A stretch of DNA of 32,400 nucleotides from Nemertoderma westbladi (taxonomy: Eukaryota; Animalia; Xenacoelomorpha). The stretch is from positions 1-32,400 of the forward strand of contig JAUCBJ010001663.1 of NCBI GenBank assembly GCA_032718475.1, written 5' to 3'. Shown in pieces: positions 22,381-32,400 of this stretch (the stretch's first letter is position 1; each line of letters begins with the position of its first letter). The notes under the pieces are model-generated. The model was not told the origin of the DNA, did no database searches, and saw nothing but the letters and a program-made list of their open reading frames with translations. A program made the position numbers and the translations under genes.

Positions 22381-23979
22381 CTTATTGCGTCCAGTTCCCC
22401 CCCCCCCCCCCCCCCCCCCCCCCCTATCTGTCCAAATTAGCACTTTAATGTTTCATTTAGCGTATATAACAATACTGTAACATTTGTGCATACTTTAATC
22501 ATACCGATGTACTGTATGTGTCAGTCAATATTAGTCAGTTGGTGTGGGTTATTTACTTCCTGTATGTATGTATGTATGTCGAACATTTCATGAAAACCCA
22601 ACAGACTAGAGTTTTAGCCTAGTAAACAAGCCAATAGGCGGATTCCAAACTTATACTCCTTTAGAAGTGGATGGTTGGCTATTTTGATTGGTCGATGATG
22701 CATCGTCAGTAACCTGAATGAATACCTGGATTGTTAATGAATCACACGTACTCTAATTTTTCATTAATCACTATATCATATGAACAATTAGTTGAAATCT
22801 ATGTTTTTGAACATTTACTCTTTACAAATAACTTTTCAAAAAAAATTCACGTTTGTTATGATAATTTTGATGTTACTATGTAGATATGTACTGAAGGTAA
22901 ATAAGGTGTAGGAAATATTGTTTTCAGGATATCACATTTAGTTAGATTTAGGTTAAAAATATCCATTTTCGTATTATATCCCAAATTTTATGGAAATTTC
23001 ACATTTGTTAGCGGTATAGATATATTTTTTAGTTTTCATGATATTTGGAAAAATGTATGGGGTACCCAAAAAGTGGGTGCTACACTATTTTTAATTTTCA
23101 CTTTTTTCAAATATGTGCTCCTAAACTATTTCTTCTGATTTTCTTCTGATTTTCAATTTATATTGGTTTTATTGGATGCTGGTTTAAATAGTTTTCCTGG
23201 TGACTGGATACACAGGAATAATACTATTTTCTGTTGGGTGGTAAATGTGATCGTGTAACGCGAAAATTTCTCATTTCCTTCTGTTATACATACATATATG
23301 ATAGGCTTACTTATGTGTACAAACGGATCAATAGACATGACAGACATACATCAACACAGTCATACAAACGGTCTAGATTCTTTTTAATATGAAAATCGAC
23401 ATCATAACTACATTCACAACCAGGGAAACACCCACAGTGGAAATATTAACTATACAGTGCGGTAGTTCCCTTAGTATTTGATGGATGGACATACAGACCA
23501 ACATACAGACCAACATACAGACATACTTACATACAGTCATACAGACAGTATGATTGACAGAGTGAGACAAACAGATAGATTGAGACAAATATGAAAGGTA
23601 ACCCGGGAAATACATTTACTGACGACCTAAATTACACCTTTTGTGAAAATTTAATTTGGATGTTGTACTTTCTTATTGACCTCCAAAAAGAGTAAACAAT
23701 TAATCGTTAAAAGTTTAAGTGCGTTTATCTCGGAATTGTGTTTCAGAATCTAAACCAACGGAAATAGCGGAAATTTATAACGGAAATAGATATCGCGTAG
23801 CTGTTTGTAGATTCATATTCAGTGAAAAATTCTGGTTACAATGAGATTAAAAAATAAAAATCGTCCCTCCCTACACATAGGTCTGTTACTAGTACTACTG
23901 CCACACATGTGTTTTGTACAGGTCTTTAGTCTTTGAGTCTTTGTTATGTACTCACCCCTCTTGCAAGAGTCTGATTACC

Positions 23980-25577
23980 GGGTAAATCGTTTCGACCTAC
24001 GCGTAGGCCTACGAGTAGCTACGCGTAGTTTGTAACTTCCATTCATGTCATTTACCGGTAGGGCCAGACTTACGGCCTTTTTTGACAACTACGCGTAGGT
24101 GTAATAAAAACTACGCGTAGGTATTTTTGAACTACGCGTAGGTATTTTGGAACTACGCGTAGGTATTTTGAAACTACGCGTAGCACTTCGCGTAGGTACT
24201 ACCCGTAGCAGTCCTGATAACAAAGATTTTTCATTTCAGGTCCGGCAGGGCTTGAGTTGTTAGGTATCTGATTTAATCAGATACCTGACATATACCATAC
24301 TGTATAGGTTATTATCAGACAAACGGAATAACCGAATCGGAAGCTCATCTCTGGCACTGGTAATAAATAATATTCAGTTCTTTCACACAAAACACAGGAT
24401 GAATAAAAAGTAGACTTAAAATTCACTTATATTACCAAGTCTCTTTGTTTCCATTGGATAATTTAAATATATCATATTGCACTCTCGTGAACAAAAGGCT
24501 TAAATGGCAATGGAGAATAAGAATCATTGGCCTATTTCCTTGTAAACTATTTTGTTACATGGTGTCAACTTAACAGCGTTCTGGTGAATTACTCGTGGTA
24601 ACGCTGCAAAGGACGGAACGCTGCAAAGTAATCAATAACCTGGAAATAACTTCAATTACCGTATTCCAGAATGTATTATTTCCATTTATGTTAATGAGTG
24701 CTGCTTTATTATCCAGTTTGCAGTGACGGGACTAGCTACACTGTATATAAATAATTGTTTAACGTGCACTGTAACCCATTATGTCGAATCGTCCATCGAG
24801 AAAATGACCAACAGAAAATGGCGACAGTGTTCAGTAAAACTAAACGGCACAGACGGTGGTGACTAAGTTTGCTTCAGTCGACTATAGTCAAGATGGATTA
24901 ATGATTTATCACATCCATGCTGGAGATAACTTCCAATAAACTTTAATTAGATTTAAATGTATAATTAATACTGTGTAACTGTTATTAAATTTCGCTTATA
25001 TTCGATATACAGTAGTACATGATTAAAATGTTTAAATGAGCATCCATAAAATCCTTTCTTTACATACCGAACGCTAATAAGTTGACATAATGTAACAAAA
25101 TTACATACATCATCCTGTGCAAAGGTCACTTTTCAGCGTTAAAGACCCTTATTTATTTTTGTAAACCACCCTGTACATAAATAAACTCGGGTCGCTGCAA
25201 AGTACCACTTTGCACACAATGATGTAAATACTAAATAGTTATTTGAACTCTAAACATTATTATAACAAATAATTGCACGTGCAACACATGAAGTGAAGAA
25301 TAATGTCTAGTACCGGTAGCGTATGACACTACATGGAGTATACCTAGGTATTTCATTTCATGGTTGTATATTGAACATACAGTACTGTCTTATTTTAGTA
25401 CTGAACCCCTTGGAATACGTAGGCCTACTAATGATAATCGTCTTATAGGCATAGCAACTACTCGTAGTTTCCGTAGGCTCTACGCGTGGTTAATATTAAA
25501 ACTCTGAAACTGGTCATATATGACCTAATGTGTCGAACTACGCGTAGATTCGCGTAGGTCATCGAAAATATTTACCC
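23980..25577. mobile_element. 1.6-kb non-autonomous DNA transposon, GGG..CCC termini, ~8-bp TSD (Merlin/Mutator-like)
   Basis: tgattacc|GGGTAAATcgTTTCGACCTACGCG ... CGCGTAGGTcaTCGAAAatATTTACCC|agattacc (TSD 7/8). Palindromic CTACGCGTAG motifs cluster at both ends. Confidence 0.8.
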
Positions 25578-26289
25578 AGATTACCGTACTATATTTAGGT
25601 TTACATCTGGAACTGCAGAACTGGCATTATTGATTGGTACATCATTGGGATTCCTAATCCCATAGAGTCAGATAGTACCGGTACAAAAAGCATGAGCAAA
25701 GTCCAAACATAATACAGTCGGTCTACCTGCTACCAGCCTACGGTATTTCTATAGTAGGAGAAAACGCGACAAAGCGAGCGGAATTGTTAATCTGGTGCAT
25801 CACGGACGCATACACAGCTGGCAGGCTGGATGGTGTTTTGTACTTTTGTCCGTTTGTGTAATACAGTAGCAATAGGCCTAATAATTTGCTAATAATTATC
25901 ATTGTTGAGCCATATTAATATTAAAATTCAGAGTATCACATACTAGATTCACAAAATGTCACATTCTATAGCTGTGACCTACCCAACATTTTCCAAAGCT
26001 ATTTGAATATGTGTGGCTAAATTATGGAGATGCTCCTTTGCGCAAAATTTCCCCAGAAAAAAAACACTGTTAAAATTTTAGTACTTTTGTGAATCACATA
26101 CTGAAAAACTTTTGTTGTGCATTGTCCTCATAGCAGTAGCACCATAATTATACTTTGTGCTGGAATATATTTGTGAATAGGCCTATTATAAAAATAATTC
26201 TGAATGCAATTATATATCTAAACATGTTCCAATGATGAACAATTTATTAAAGCAAGCCAAACCCTTATGAATGACACATACAGTACTAG

Positions 26290-26704
26290 CAGAGGCGTAG
26301 CGATAGGGGAGGGGGGGGGGATGTTCCTGTTCCCCCGGGCGCACTCACCCATGGGCGCTGAAATGCCAGGGAAAAGTCCGGGAATTCTTGTAAAAATAAG
26401 ACAAATCAGTGAAAATTCAGGAATTGTGATATAGTATTTACAGGACATGTGTCATAAGCAAAATGTGGAAAAATTTTATGTGCTCGCTTCGCTCACCATT
26501 CAATATATTATAAGTGCACTACTGTATATCAAACTTGTGTATAATAGATTTGATATAAGTTATAGGCCAATACTGTAAGATAATATTTAAGAAAAAAAAA
26601 CGTCATAAATGAAAATTTACAATTATTGAAGGGGTGGGGGGGAGGGGGGGGTGGCTATTTCAGATTCATTCCACTGGGCGCCAGATGGGCTCGCTACGCC
26701 TCTG
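26290..26704. mobile_element. hAT-type MITE just upstream of the GST gene
   Basis: agtactag|CAGAGGCGTAGCGA ... TCGCTACGCCTCTG|catactag: a perfect 14-bp TIR and an 8-bp TSD matching 6/8. gggcgc subterminal motifs are present. Confidence 0.85.
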
Positions 26705-27060
26705 CATACTAGACCATGGAATGAGCCTATTGCGGTTTCGCTTTACCTCTTTCAACAATCTGGCTCTACCCAAGGTGTATAATTGTAATATACATTACAG
26801 TACAGCAGTATAGCTTACTTGCCATGGTACTCACTATGGGAATATAGTAGATACCAATTAAAGTAATATTGTTTGTTAGTCAAGCCAATTAGAATGATAC
26901 CAAGAAGTAGATAACCTTCGTATTACGGGTATTATTTCACTACCATTTTTACTGCCAACTATTTAATTATTTTAGTTTACCGGCTTCACTATTTCACTTC
27001 TTTGTTTTATTCATAAGATTCTAGAAGATTTATTTTATAGAAGAAAATAATTATCTAAGA

Positions 27061-27987
27061 ATGTCGTCCAACCATAACGATTCATTTAGGAAGTGGATTA
27101 ACGAGGAAGGGACGGATGGATACCGTCCGGAGAGTGGTCGGTACCATCTCTATGTTGCCCTATCATGCCCCTTTGCCCAGCGGGCTCTCATAACACAAAC
27201 ATTAAAAGGACTGGAGGATGTAATTTCTGTTGATATTGTCCACCCACAGTTGGGTGAGTCGGGATGGAGTTTCGATGAAACCTTATCGGGTTGCTCCAAA
27301 GATTCCCTGCACCCGGGAAGGAAACTACTGCGAGATACTTATATGGAATCCAATCCGAGTTACACCGGTAGAATCACCGTTCCGGTGCTATTCGATAAAG
27401 TAACGAACACAATAGTGAACAATGAGAGTGCCGATATTATCCGCATACTCAACTCAGAGTTCAATAAGTTCTCAAAATCCCCGGAACAAGCTGACATTGA
27501 TGTGTACCCACAGGGTTTAAGGGCTCAAATTGATGACATGAATGAGTGGACCCGTGATATTATCTATGGTGTTTATAGAGCTGGACTTGCGAAGACCCAG
27601 GATGCATATGAGACGGCAGCAAAACAACTGTTTGCCGCGCTGGATCGCGTGGATGAAATACTAAAGAATAGCCGATACGTTTTTGGAGAGAGCATAACTG
27701 AGGTGGATATTAGATTGTTCGTTGTGCTCGTTCGGTTTGATACGGTTTACAACATGTTGTGTAAGTGCAACTTGAGGAGAATTTCGGATTATCCAAATAT
27801 GTGGAATTACGTAAAGGATTTATACCAAACAAAGGGTTTTGGGGATTCTATTGATATGGGTCATGTTAAGCTAACCTATTTCGCATCCCCTTTTTATAAA
27901 TCTATGAATCCCCATCTTATAATCCCAATTGGCCCAGAGATCGATTTTTCATCGCCTCACAACAGAAACTCACTGTTGCTACACTGA
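27061..27987 (+). CDS. yqjG: Glutathionyl-hydroquinone reductase / Xi-class (omega-like, YqjG/ECM4/Gto family) glutathione transferase, single coding exon, 308 aa
   Basis: Uninterrupted ORF with the family motifs FRxWI, GRYHLYV..CPFA.R (catalytic Cys36), LKGLEDVISV, GW.F, RITVPVLFDK (cis-Pro loop), IVNNESADIIR, GVY..G, D.RLF..LVRFD.VY, KCN and NP..I.P.GP. The symbol denotes the family homolog, not proven orthology. Confidence 0.93.
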   Translation: MSSNHNDSFRKWINEEGTDGYRPESGRYHLYVALSCPFAQRALITQTLKGLEDVISVDIVHPQLGESGWSFDETLSGCSKDSLHPGRKLLRDTYMESNPSYTGRITVPVLFDKVTNTIVNNESADIIRILNSEFNKFSKSPEQADIDVYPQGLRAQIDDMNEWTRDIIYGVYRAGLAKTQDAYETAAKQLFAALDRVDEILKNSRYVFGESITEVDIRLFVVLVRFDTVYNMLCKCNLRRISDYPNMWNYVKDLYQTKGFGDSIDMGHVKLTYFASPFYKSMNPHLIIPIGPEIDFSSPHNRNSLLLH

Positions 27988-28434
27988 TAATAGTTTAAAT
28001 AGCCGCGGATATCCTGCCCTGCCTGCACCACATGAATAATCGTCAATGATGAGAAAATCTGGGTGAAACTCAAAACAAACTATATACTGTAGTATGTAAG
28101 CATAATTATCATGTAATAATAGCATTTTTACTAATTTACTTTATGGTATTTAGGCTACCATTAATGATCAGGACTCAGTTTTGATTTTGTAACTAAAACA
28201 CTAAACCAATCAGTTTCAAATATATTTTTTTAGATATGTATCTCTTGTGGCTAAGATAGAACAGAATGGGACATAATATAACAAAACAATAATACAACAA
28301 ACATTTTTGATATAGTTCCCGTCGAGTGTTAGTGTATTTTTAGTATTAGTGTAATTTTAAGATAAAATAAAAAAAAATTCATAAGGGAAAAAGTGGTTGC
28401 TGGTCCTTCAGGCAGGATGCTTGAATAGTGCATG

Positions 28435-28523
28435 TAACATCCGCATGCCATGGGTGCGGATGCGAATGCGAAAAATCATGCGGATATCCGCGGATGCGAA
28501 TGCGGATATTCGCCACATCCCTA
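28435..28523. mobile_element. hAT-like MITE end fragment with (TGCGGA/TGCGAA) repeats
   Basis: tgcggatgcgaatgcg repeats end in cacatcccta (TAGGGATGTG terminus on the minus strand). Confidence 0.5.
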
Positions 28524-28623
28524 CTAATTAACATAATTTATGCAAAAAAATTTTAAATGCAAACGCTCTTGGAGGGATGGTAATGCCCAAAATTTCACAA
28601 TTTGTGCAGAATGGCTTGCTAAT

Positions 28624-28705
28624 TTTTTGAACAAGAGCATTTATCAAAATTCTGGTCATAGGGTCGTCTTTGACCAGAATTTTGATAAATGCTCCTGTTC
28701 AAAAA
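28624..28705. repeat. Near-perfect 35-bp inverted repeat with a 12-nt loop
   Basis: tttttgaacaagagcatttatcaaaattctggtca / tgaccagaattttgataaatgctcctgttcaaaaa, with one mismatch. Confidence 0.9.
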
Positions 28706-29133
28706 TCATCGTATTTACTCGAATAAGAGCCTGGGCGGCTGGGCGTTTAAGTTTATAAATTGCCAATTGGAGAGGCGTTTATTCGAGGGGTCGTTTATTC
28801 GGGCTAGTGTTTAAGTTCCAAATTATGTGGTTCTAGTGTTTATGTTTATGTTCTAGATTTTCAGCATTTTGAATCTAATTTTGAATAATTTCTTAAATAC
28901 AAGAAAACAAGTTAAACAAATGAAATAATTTTCATTTTTAAATAATTTTCATTTTTGGAAAAGTCTGCATTTTGAAATTTAAAATTTGCATTCTTCAGAA
29001 AATAAATTTAAAGTTTACAGTAAGGGTAATTTCATTATAAAGTCTGACCATTGAAAAATGTTGGAATGCACACAACCTAGCTGAAAATTTTGTTAGGTCA
29101 ATTTTCAAGGTCAAAAAGTCAATTTTCTCATTT

Positions 29134-29404
29134 AAGGAGCTAAGGAGGTTCGATTGCATATAAATGCTACCAAGACCGAATTCATGACCTTTAGTGTTGA
29201 TGGAAACTTGACAACCATTGATAATAATATACTAAGGAAGGTCAATGACTTCCAGTACCTTGGATCATGGATAGAGAGTAGCAAAAAGGACATAGAAGTT
29301 AGGAAAGCAAAGGCTTGGGTAGCTCTATCAAAAATGGATACCATCTGGAAATCAGATCTCTCCAGCCACCTGAAGACTAAGTTCTTTCGAGCCACAGTGG
29401 AAAG
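29134..29404 (+). mobile_element. RTE-clade LINE, 5'-truncated, upstream part (end of RT domain)
   Basis: AKEVRLHINATKTEFM..KVNDFQYLGSWIESSKKDIEVRKAKAW..IWKSDLS..K.KFFRATVE; the frame continues at 30929. Confidence 0.88.
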
Positions 29405-30917
29405 AAAATTCGATTAACATATATTGAATTATAGTATTAAGTGTAAACAGAACATATAATAATTCTACCAAGGGGTAGAATAAATAAACGATTGCACAGA
29501 AGAATTACAATGAGAATGGCGACCGGAAACTGACTGATTGGCTCGGTCGGGACAAGAATAGAGATTAAGAGACTAGGTGGTGGTAAAGAAGGATAGACTT
29601 AGTGGTGACGGAGTGAAGGAGGTTTCAGATAAGGAAGACCTCGTCCAAGCTAGCCTGACTGGGGAGGGTGCCAAGAACTGCTACTGCATTCCCTCGGATG
29701 GTGGCTATTGAAAGGCGTTGAAACAGGTATGCAGTGGAACGGGGTTCCCCTGTCCGATTGCTGATCCTGCGCCCTATTTCGCGAAGTGTTTCAGTGCCTT
29801 CGACTCCTACCGGTCCCAGGGTTTCTGTCGCAATGGTACGGAATATATAGTCGTGTTGCAGGGCTGCATACTTAGTGCCTTTGGTTGATTCGGCGATGGT
29901 TGCTGCTGTTCCAGCTTCCTGGGATGTGGCTGGTAGATACGTTTTGGCCAACGTATCACGACAGGTGTAGTCCCACACTAGTGGGCGGCCTGAAGACCAG
30001 GGGCCCAATGTCACTCCGTCTGGTTTCTTGCCATCTATGGCTAGGCCGCGGGGCTCTAGTGTGGAGGAAACACCTGCTGATGAGAGGGCTCGGTGTATTA
30101 TGTCATTGGCCTCAGCATGACGGGTGTATTTTCCATAATTATGGAGACAGCTGAGGCCGTGGGTTCCGCTCCTGTCCACCAACACCCCACAACCTCGACA
30201 GGAATGCTCTTCACATATGGGGCTACCGAGGCGGAGGGCGACTCCTATGCATAGCTCATCGTCGTTGAGCCTAAGTCATAGCGCTGATACTGGGAGTGCC
30301 TGCAGCCAGTCGCCAGAATGATCCGCTCTCGTCGCTAGCAGTCGTGCCCTATCCTTTGGAGTTGATGTTCGATTGATGAGGTCATCACGGCGTTCTATGC
30401 AAAGTGGGGTGTCCCAGTTCCTCTGAATGGCACGGTTGGCAGGTGGTATGAAGTCTTTGGGAAGGTTGTCAATCGCAATGCAGAGGAGAGAATGGAGTAG
30501 GGGACTGCATCCGTAGACAGAAGCCAAGAAGGCAGGTATAGCGACGTCCCTCGTACTCAGGACTCCCAGGCCCCCCATAGAAATGGGAAGAGCTGATTGG
30601 ATCCAAGCATCCTTGTTGAGTTTTGTGTTGATTGCTACTTAAGTGCTTGCTGGATGGCTCTGTCAAGATCATCCAGCTGGTGCGATCTGAAGGCTGGTGC
30701 ACAGCGTAGGAGGTACATAAACTTAGGGATTGCAAACCAGTGCCTAAGCAGATAGAGGGCATCGTGTGCACTCAGAAGCTGAAGACGCTCTTCTAGTCTA
30801 CCGAGTTCAGATATCTTGGTCTGTAGTGCAGTCTCTAGGGACGAATCACCGAGTGGTGCACCGATAGTGACGATTCCGAAAGCTCTTGAACCTTAATGCC
30901 TGGGGTGATGGATTCGA
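29405..30917 (-). mobile_element. 5'-truncated CRE-like non-LTR retrotransposon (zinc knuckle + restriction-like endonuclease) inserted into the RTE LINE
   Basis: Minus strand gives IGAPLG, AHDALYLLR..IPKFMYLLR, GGLG..AIPAFLAS, SGDWLQALP, CRGCG..HGLSC, RH...ND, EP..KPDG..WD.T..AE..K..KY, ETLG and FQRLS...RGNA. It is flanked by ACAGTGGAAAG (29394-29404) and ACAGTAGAAAG (30918-30928). Confidence 0.88.
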
Positions 30918-31341
30918 ACAGTAGAAAGTGTATTTTTATACGGGGGTGAGACCTGGACACTGACTAAATCACTTGAACAACGAATTGATGGTTGCTACAC
31001 AAGACTACTAAGGGCAGCCCTAAACATCAGCTGGAGACAACACATGACAAACGCCGAGCTTTATGGTACAATACCACCTGTATCAACCACCCTCCGTGAA
31101 CGCAGATTAAGATTCAGTGGGCACTGCTGGCGAAGTAAAGACGAGGTCATACCAGATCTACTTCTCTGGCAACCAACTCATGGAAAGCGTAGTCGTGGAC
31201 GACCTGCCATAACATATATAGATCAACTTGAAAGGGATACTGAACTTGGGAGAAACGAAATTGCAACAACTATGGAGAATCGGGAAGCCTGGAAGGATCT
31301 CATTTCCACTGTCCGAGTTCGCTCGACCTAGTAGTAGTAGT
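30918..31341 (+). mobile_element. RTE-clade LINE, downstream part to the 3' end with (TAG)n tail
   Basis: ESVFLYGGETWTLTK..RIDGCYTRLLRAALNISW..HMTNAELYG..RRLRFSGHCWRSKDE..LLLWQPTHGKRSRGRP..YIDQL..MENREAW; the stop runs into tagtagtagtag. Confidence 0.9.
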
Positions 31342-31474
31342 TTGGTGTGTTATATTTCTCAGCAAGTCCTGTAAAGATAAGTACCGTGCAAAACCTACCC
31401 TACAGCAAATAAATAACACATTCCCACGATCCGATCAAAATTGCTAAATACCTTCAGGGACCAGTCAGCTTTAA

Positions 31475-31900
31475 GGGGGCTCACTATAACCCCTACAGAA
31501 ATGAAATTTTCGAAAATTTACACAATTTATTTGCTGTTTGAAAGAAGGGCTTTCATAAAAGGTAATATCGGTTTTCAACATTGAATTATTTTTTGACCTC
31601 AAAACTGCTCTTTTCAACAACATAATAATTGCTGATATATATGCCTCTCTGTATAAAACCACCTTTTTATCAGTTTGTCGATTTTGACTTTTTTCATCAC
31701 TAAATTCCCTACTACTTCTTTATTTTTTACTCAATTTCCATTAAACCTATACAAAATGTTTAGCATCTTTACGGCTACAATCGTGAATATTGGTTTGTAA
31801 AACATGGCCATATGGATCTTCTAGAACCGATTTTGTAACTGCGACACTGTGTCTATCACAAAATAGTACTTAGTACTTATTTGTACGCAGTCATCCAACG
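31475..31900 (+). mobile_element. Possible left part of another TTAA-target MITE (end approximate)
   Basis: TTAA|GGGGGCTCACTATAACC terminus followed by AT-rich MITE-like sequence; the partner TIR was not found. Confidence 0.3.
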
Positions 31901-32400
31901 AAAATACTTTATATTTCCTTCGCAACATTTTCACAATTTCAGTTGTTTTTAGCAGCTTTTTCTTTTGAAAGGGTTTGCGGAAAAATATCAATTTTCGGGC
32001 CATTTTTGGAAATTACTATAATGTACCAGAGGCTTAATCCGGCACTGGGTTGTATCATGTCCTTATATTTTGACAGACAGATCTTCGGACGGACAGACAG
32101 ACAGGCAGACGTAATAGTTTTCGTTAAAAGTGAAAATGGGCTTTTGGAATTACATCAGGCGACAAGGAAAACCACTATAACAAAACATTTAGCTAGAATG
32201 AATGCTTTTGTTATATTTTGACAGACAAACCGTCAGAAACACAACACCAGACAGACACTTTTCACATAAACTTAGTCAGTAAGGTTAACATTATCACTCA
32301 TAACTTTTTAACTACATTAGCTATTAACAAAAGGTTTTAAGTTTTGGAATTCTTATCAAAATCTACACCAGGTGGGATTGAAAATGAAAAATCGACATTT

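Noticed and set aside
17634-27060. Coding splice from the 17519-17685 exon (MSTFSGSMKEF..) into the GST ORF
   Set aside because: The donor is phase 2, whereas the acceptor at 27040 needs phase 1; the join hits a stop.

Overview
AT-rich, repeat-dense eukaryotic (most likely invertebrate animal) genomic DNA, not prokaryotic. The only intact full CDS is an intronless Xi-class glutathione transferase / glutathionyl-hydroquinone reductase (YqjG/ECM4 family, 27061-27987, +). A probable signal-peptide first coding exon lies on the minus strand (2325-2394), next to a CCAAT + RFX X-box promoter cluster (~3060-3212). The rest is mostly mobile DNA: a complete but decayed pogo-family transposon with a PHD finger (12092-14564), an RTE LINE split by a CRE-like (RLE) retrotransposon with a recoverable 11-bp TSD, further LINE and SINE relics, a foldback-like element built from inverted 15/17-bp tandem arrays, and many MITEs. 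The most unusual signal is a strong excess of TA-flanked palindromic micro-insertions (TACCGGTA, TAGGCCTA, TACAGTA/TACTGTA). They look like cut-and-paste excision footprints, cluster at ~9.66-11.45 kb, and in one case are directly visible as an insertion into a TIR. All family assignments come from motif recognition by eye; no database search was run.
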